Origin: Vicugna vicugna
Lineage: Eukaryota
Assembly (NCBI GenBank): GCA_013265495.1
Contig: PNXW01019614.1
Location: 1 to 50,964, forward strand
Length of the DNA stretch: 50,964 nucleotides
Direction: 5' to 3'
In this document: one piece after another, positions 50,100 to 50,964 of the stretch
How the letters are laid out: each line of letters begins with the position of its first letter
Numbering within the stretch: the stretch's first letter is position 1
Notes under the pieces: model-generated
Database searches by the model: none
What the model was told of the DNA's origin: nothing
The model's input: the letters and a program-made list of their open reading frames with translations, nothing else
Position numbers and translations under genes: made by a program

Positions 50100-50400
50100 G
50101 ATTGATTAACTTATTTGCTCTTTCATGATGAGTCTCCTGTGTGCCAGGCACTGTCCTAGGCTGTTGGGAATAGCAAAGTGAGCAAAACATAAACAAACCC
50201 CAGTTTTATTCTAAGGAGATGAAAAGAAAATAAATAAGTAAAATACGTCAGTTGGTGATGGGCGCTATGGGGAAAAATAAAGCAAGGGAGAGAGTATTGG
50301 GGGGGCGGCGGGATTGCACAGTGAGAGTGGTCAGTGAGGACCTCACTGAGAACATGACATTTAAGAAGGTGCTTGAAGGAGGTTTAGAGATGAGACTGTA
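50100..50400 (-). mobile_element. LINE-2 3' fragment
   Basis: CTGTGTGCCAGGCACTGTCCTAGG...GGTCAGTGAGGACCTCACTGAGAACATGACATTT, the antisense L2 3' end. Confidence 0.7.
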
Positions 50401-50964
50401 CATATAACATCATATGTGTATAAGCACTTTGGAAAGGAGAGCATATGTACTGTAGCATGAGGTGCTTGTCTCCTTCAAATAAAATGTCATTTCCCCTGAA
50501 TGTCTATCTTGAAAACCTTCCTATGTCATTCAGGCACCAATCACGTTACTTAATTTAACTTAAGCACCTTCTTGATTCTTTTATCCTAAGTGCATGATAA
50601 CTCTGATTTTATTTTGAAGCCTCTTATTATTTGTGATGTTTTCCTCAAATCCCTCTTCATTTAGATTTGCTTTCTCTCATCTTTAAAGAACATCAAAGCC
50701 AATTTGTTTTGTGTTTCTCTAAGGTGCTTACTTTGGTGCTTCACTGATGCAATTTCCAAGATGCGTGACTAATTTCCAAGAGACTTTCTTAAGAGTCACC
50801 ACTTTTGTTTATCCCCTTGGAAACTTGTTGTGTCCTTGACAATTTACTGGAAATAACTTAATACCCCTCAAAGCCATAGGACACTTAAGATAAGACTATG
50901 GAAGAATTGTGCATCCCTGAGGCCTGTCCAGCGAGGTGTGAGGGTGCTGTAGTTCCTCTCCTCC

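Overview
Mammalian genomic DNA, most likely camelid (alpaca/llama/camel), judged from Vic-1-like tRNA-derived SINEs and camelid-type L1 3' ends. No intact protein-coding gene is visible, and almost all ORF-track entries are chance ORFs or L1 remnants. The window appears to be a mosaic of fragments of three genes that are unlinked in human. (1) An isolated, diverged copy of the first coding exon of alphaN-catenin (CTNNA2) at 25327-25433 (-), with both splice sites and the ATG intact. (2) A decayed but intron-containing 1.2 kb copy of PRRT1 (SynDIG4) at 33641-~34870 (+), which is still a dense CpG island. (3) Four consecutive WD40-coding KIF21A exons with introns at 44381-49643 (+), carrying frameshifts, a stop codon and non-consensus donors. 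The main hypothesis is a chimeric minus-strand transcription unit: the PRRT1-derived CpG island would supply a promoter and an antisense donor (CAG|GTAAGG at 33872/33871) spliced to the CTNNA2 exon 8.4 kb away. Gene assignments come from manual translation against recalled human proteins and need BLAST confirmation.
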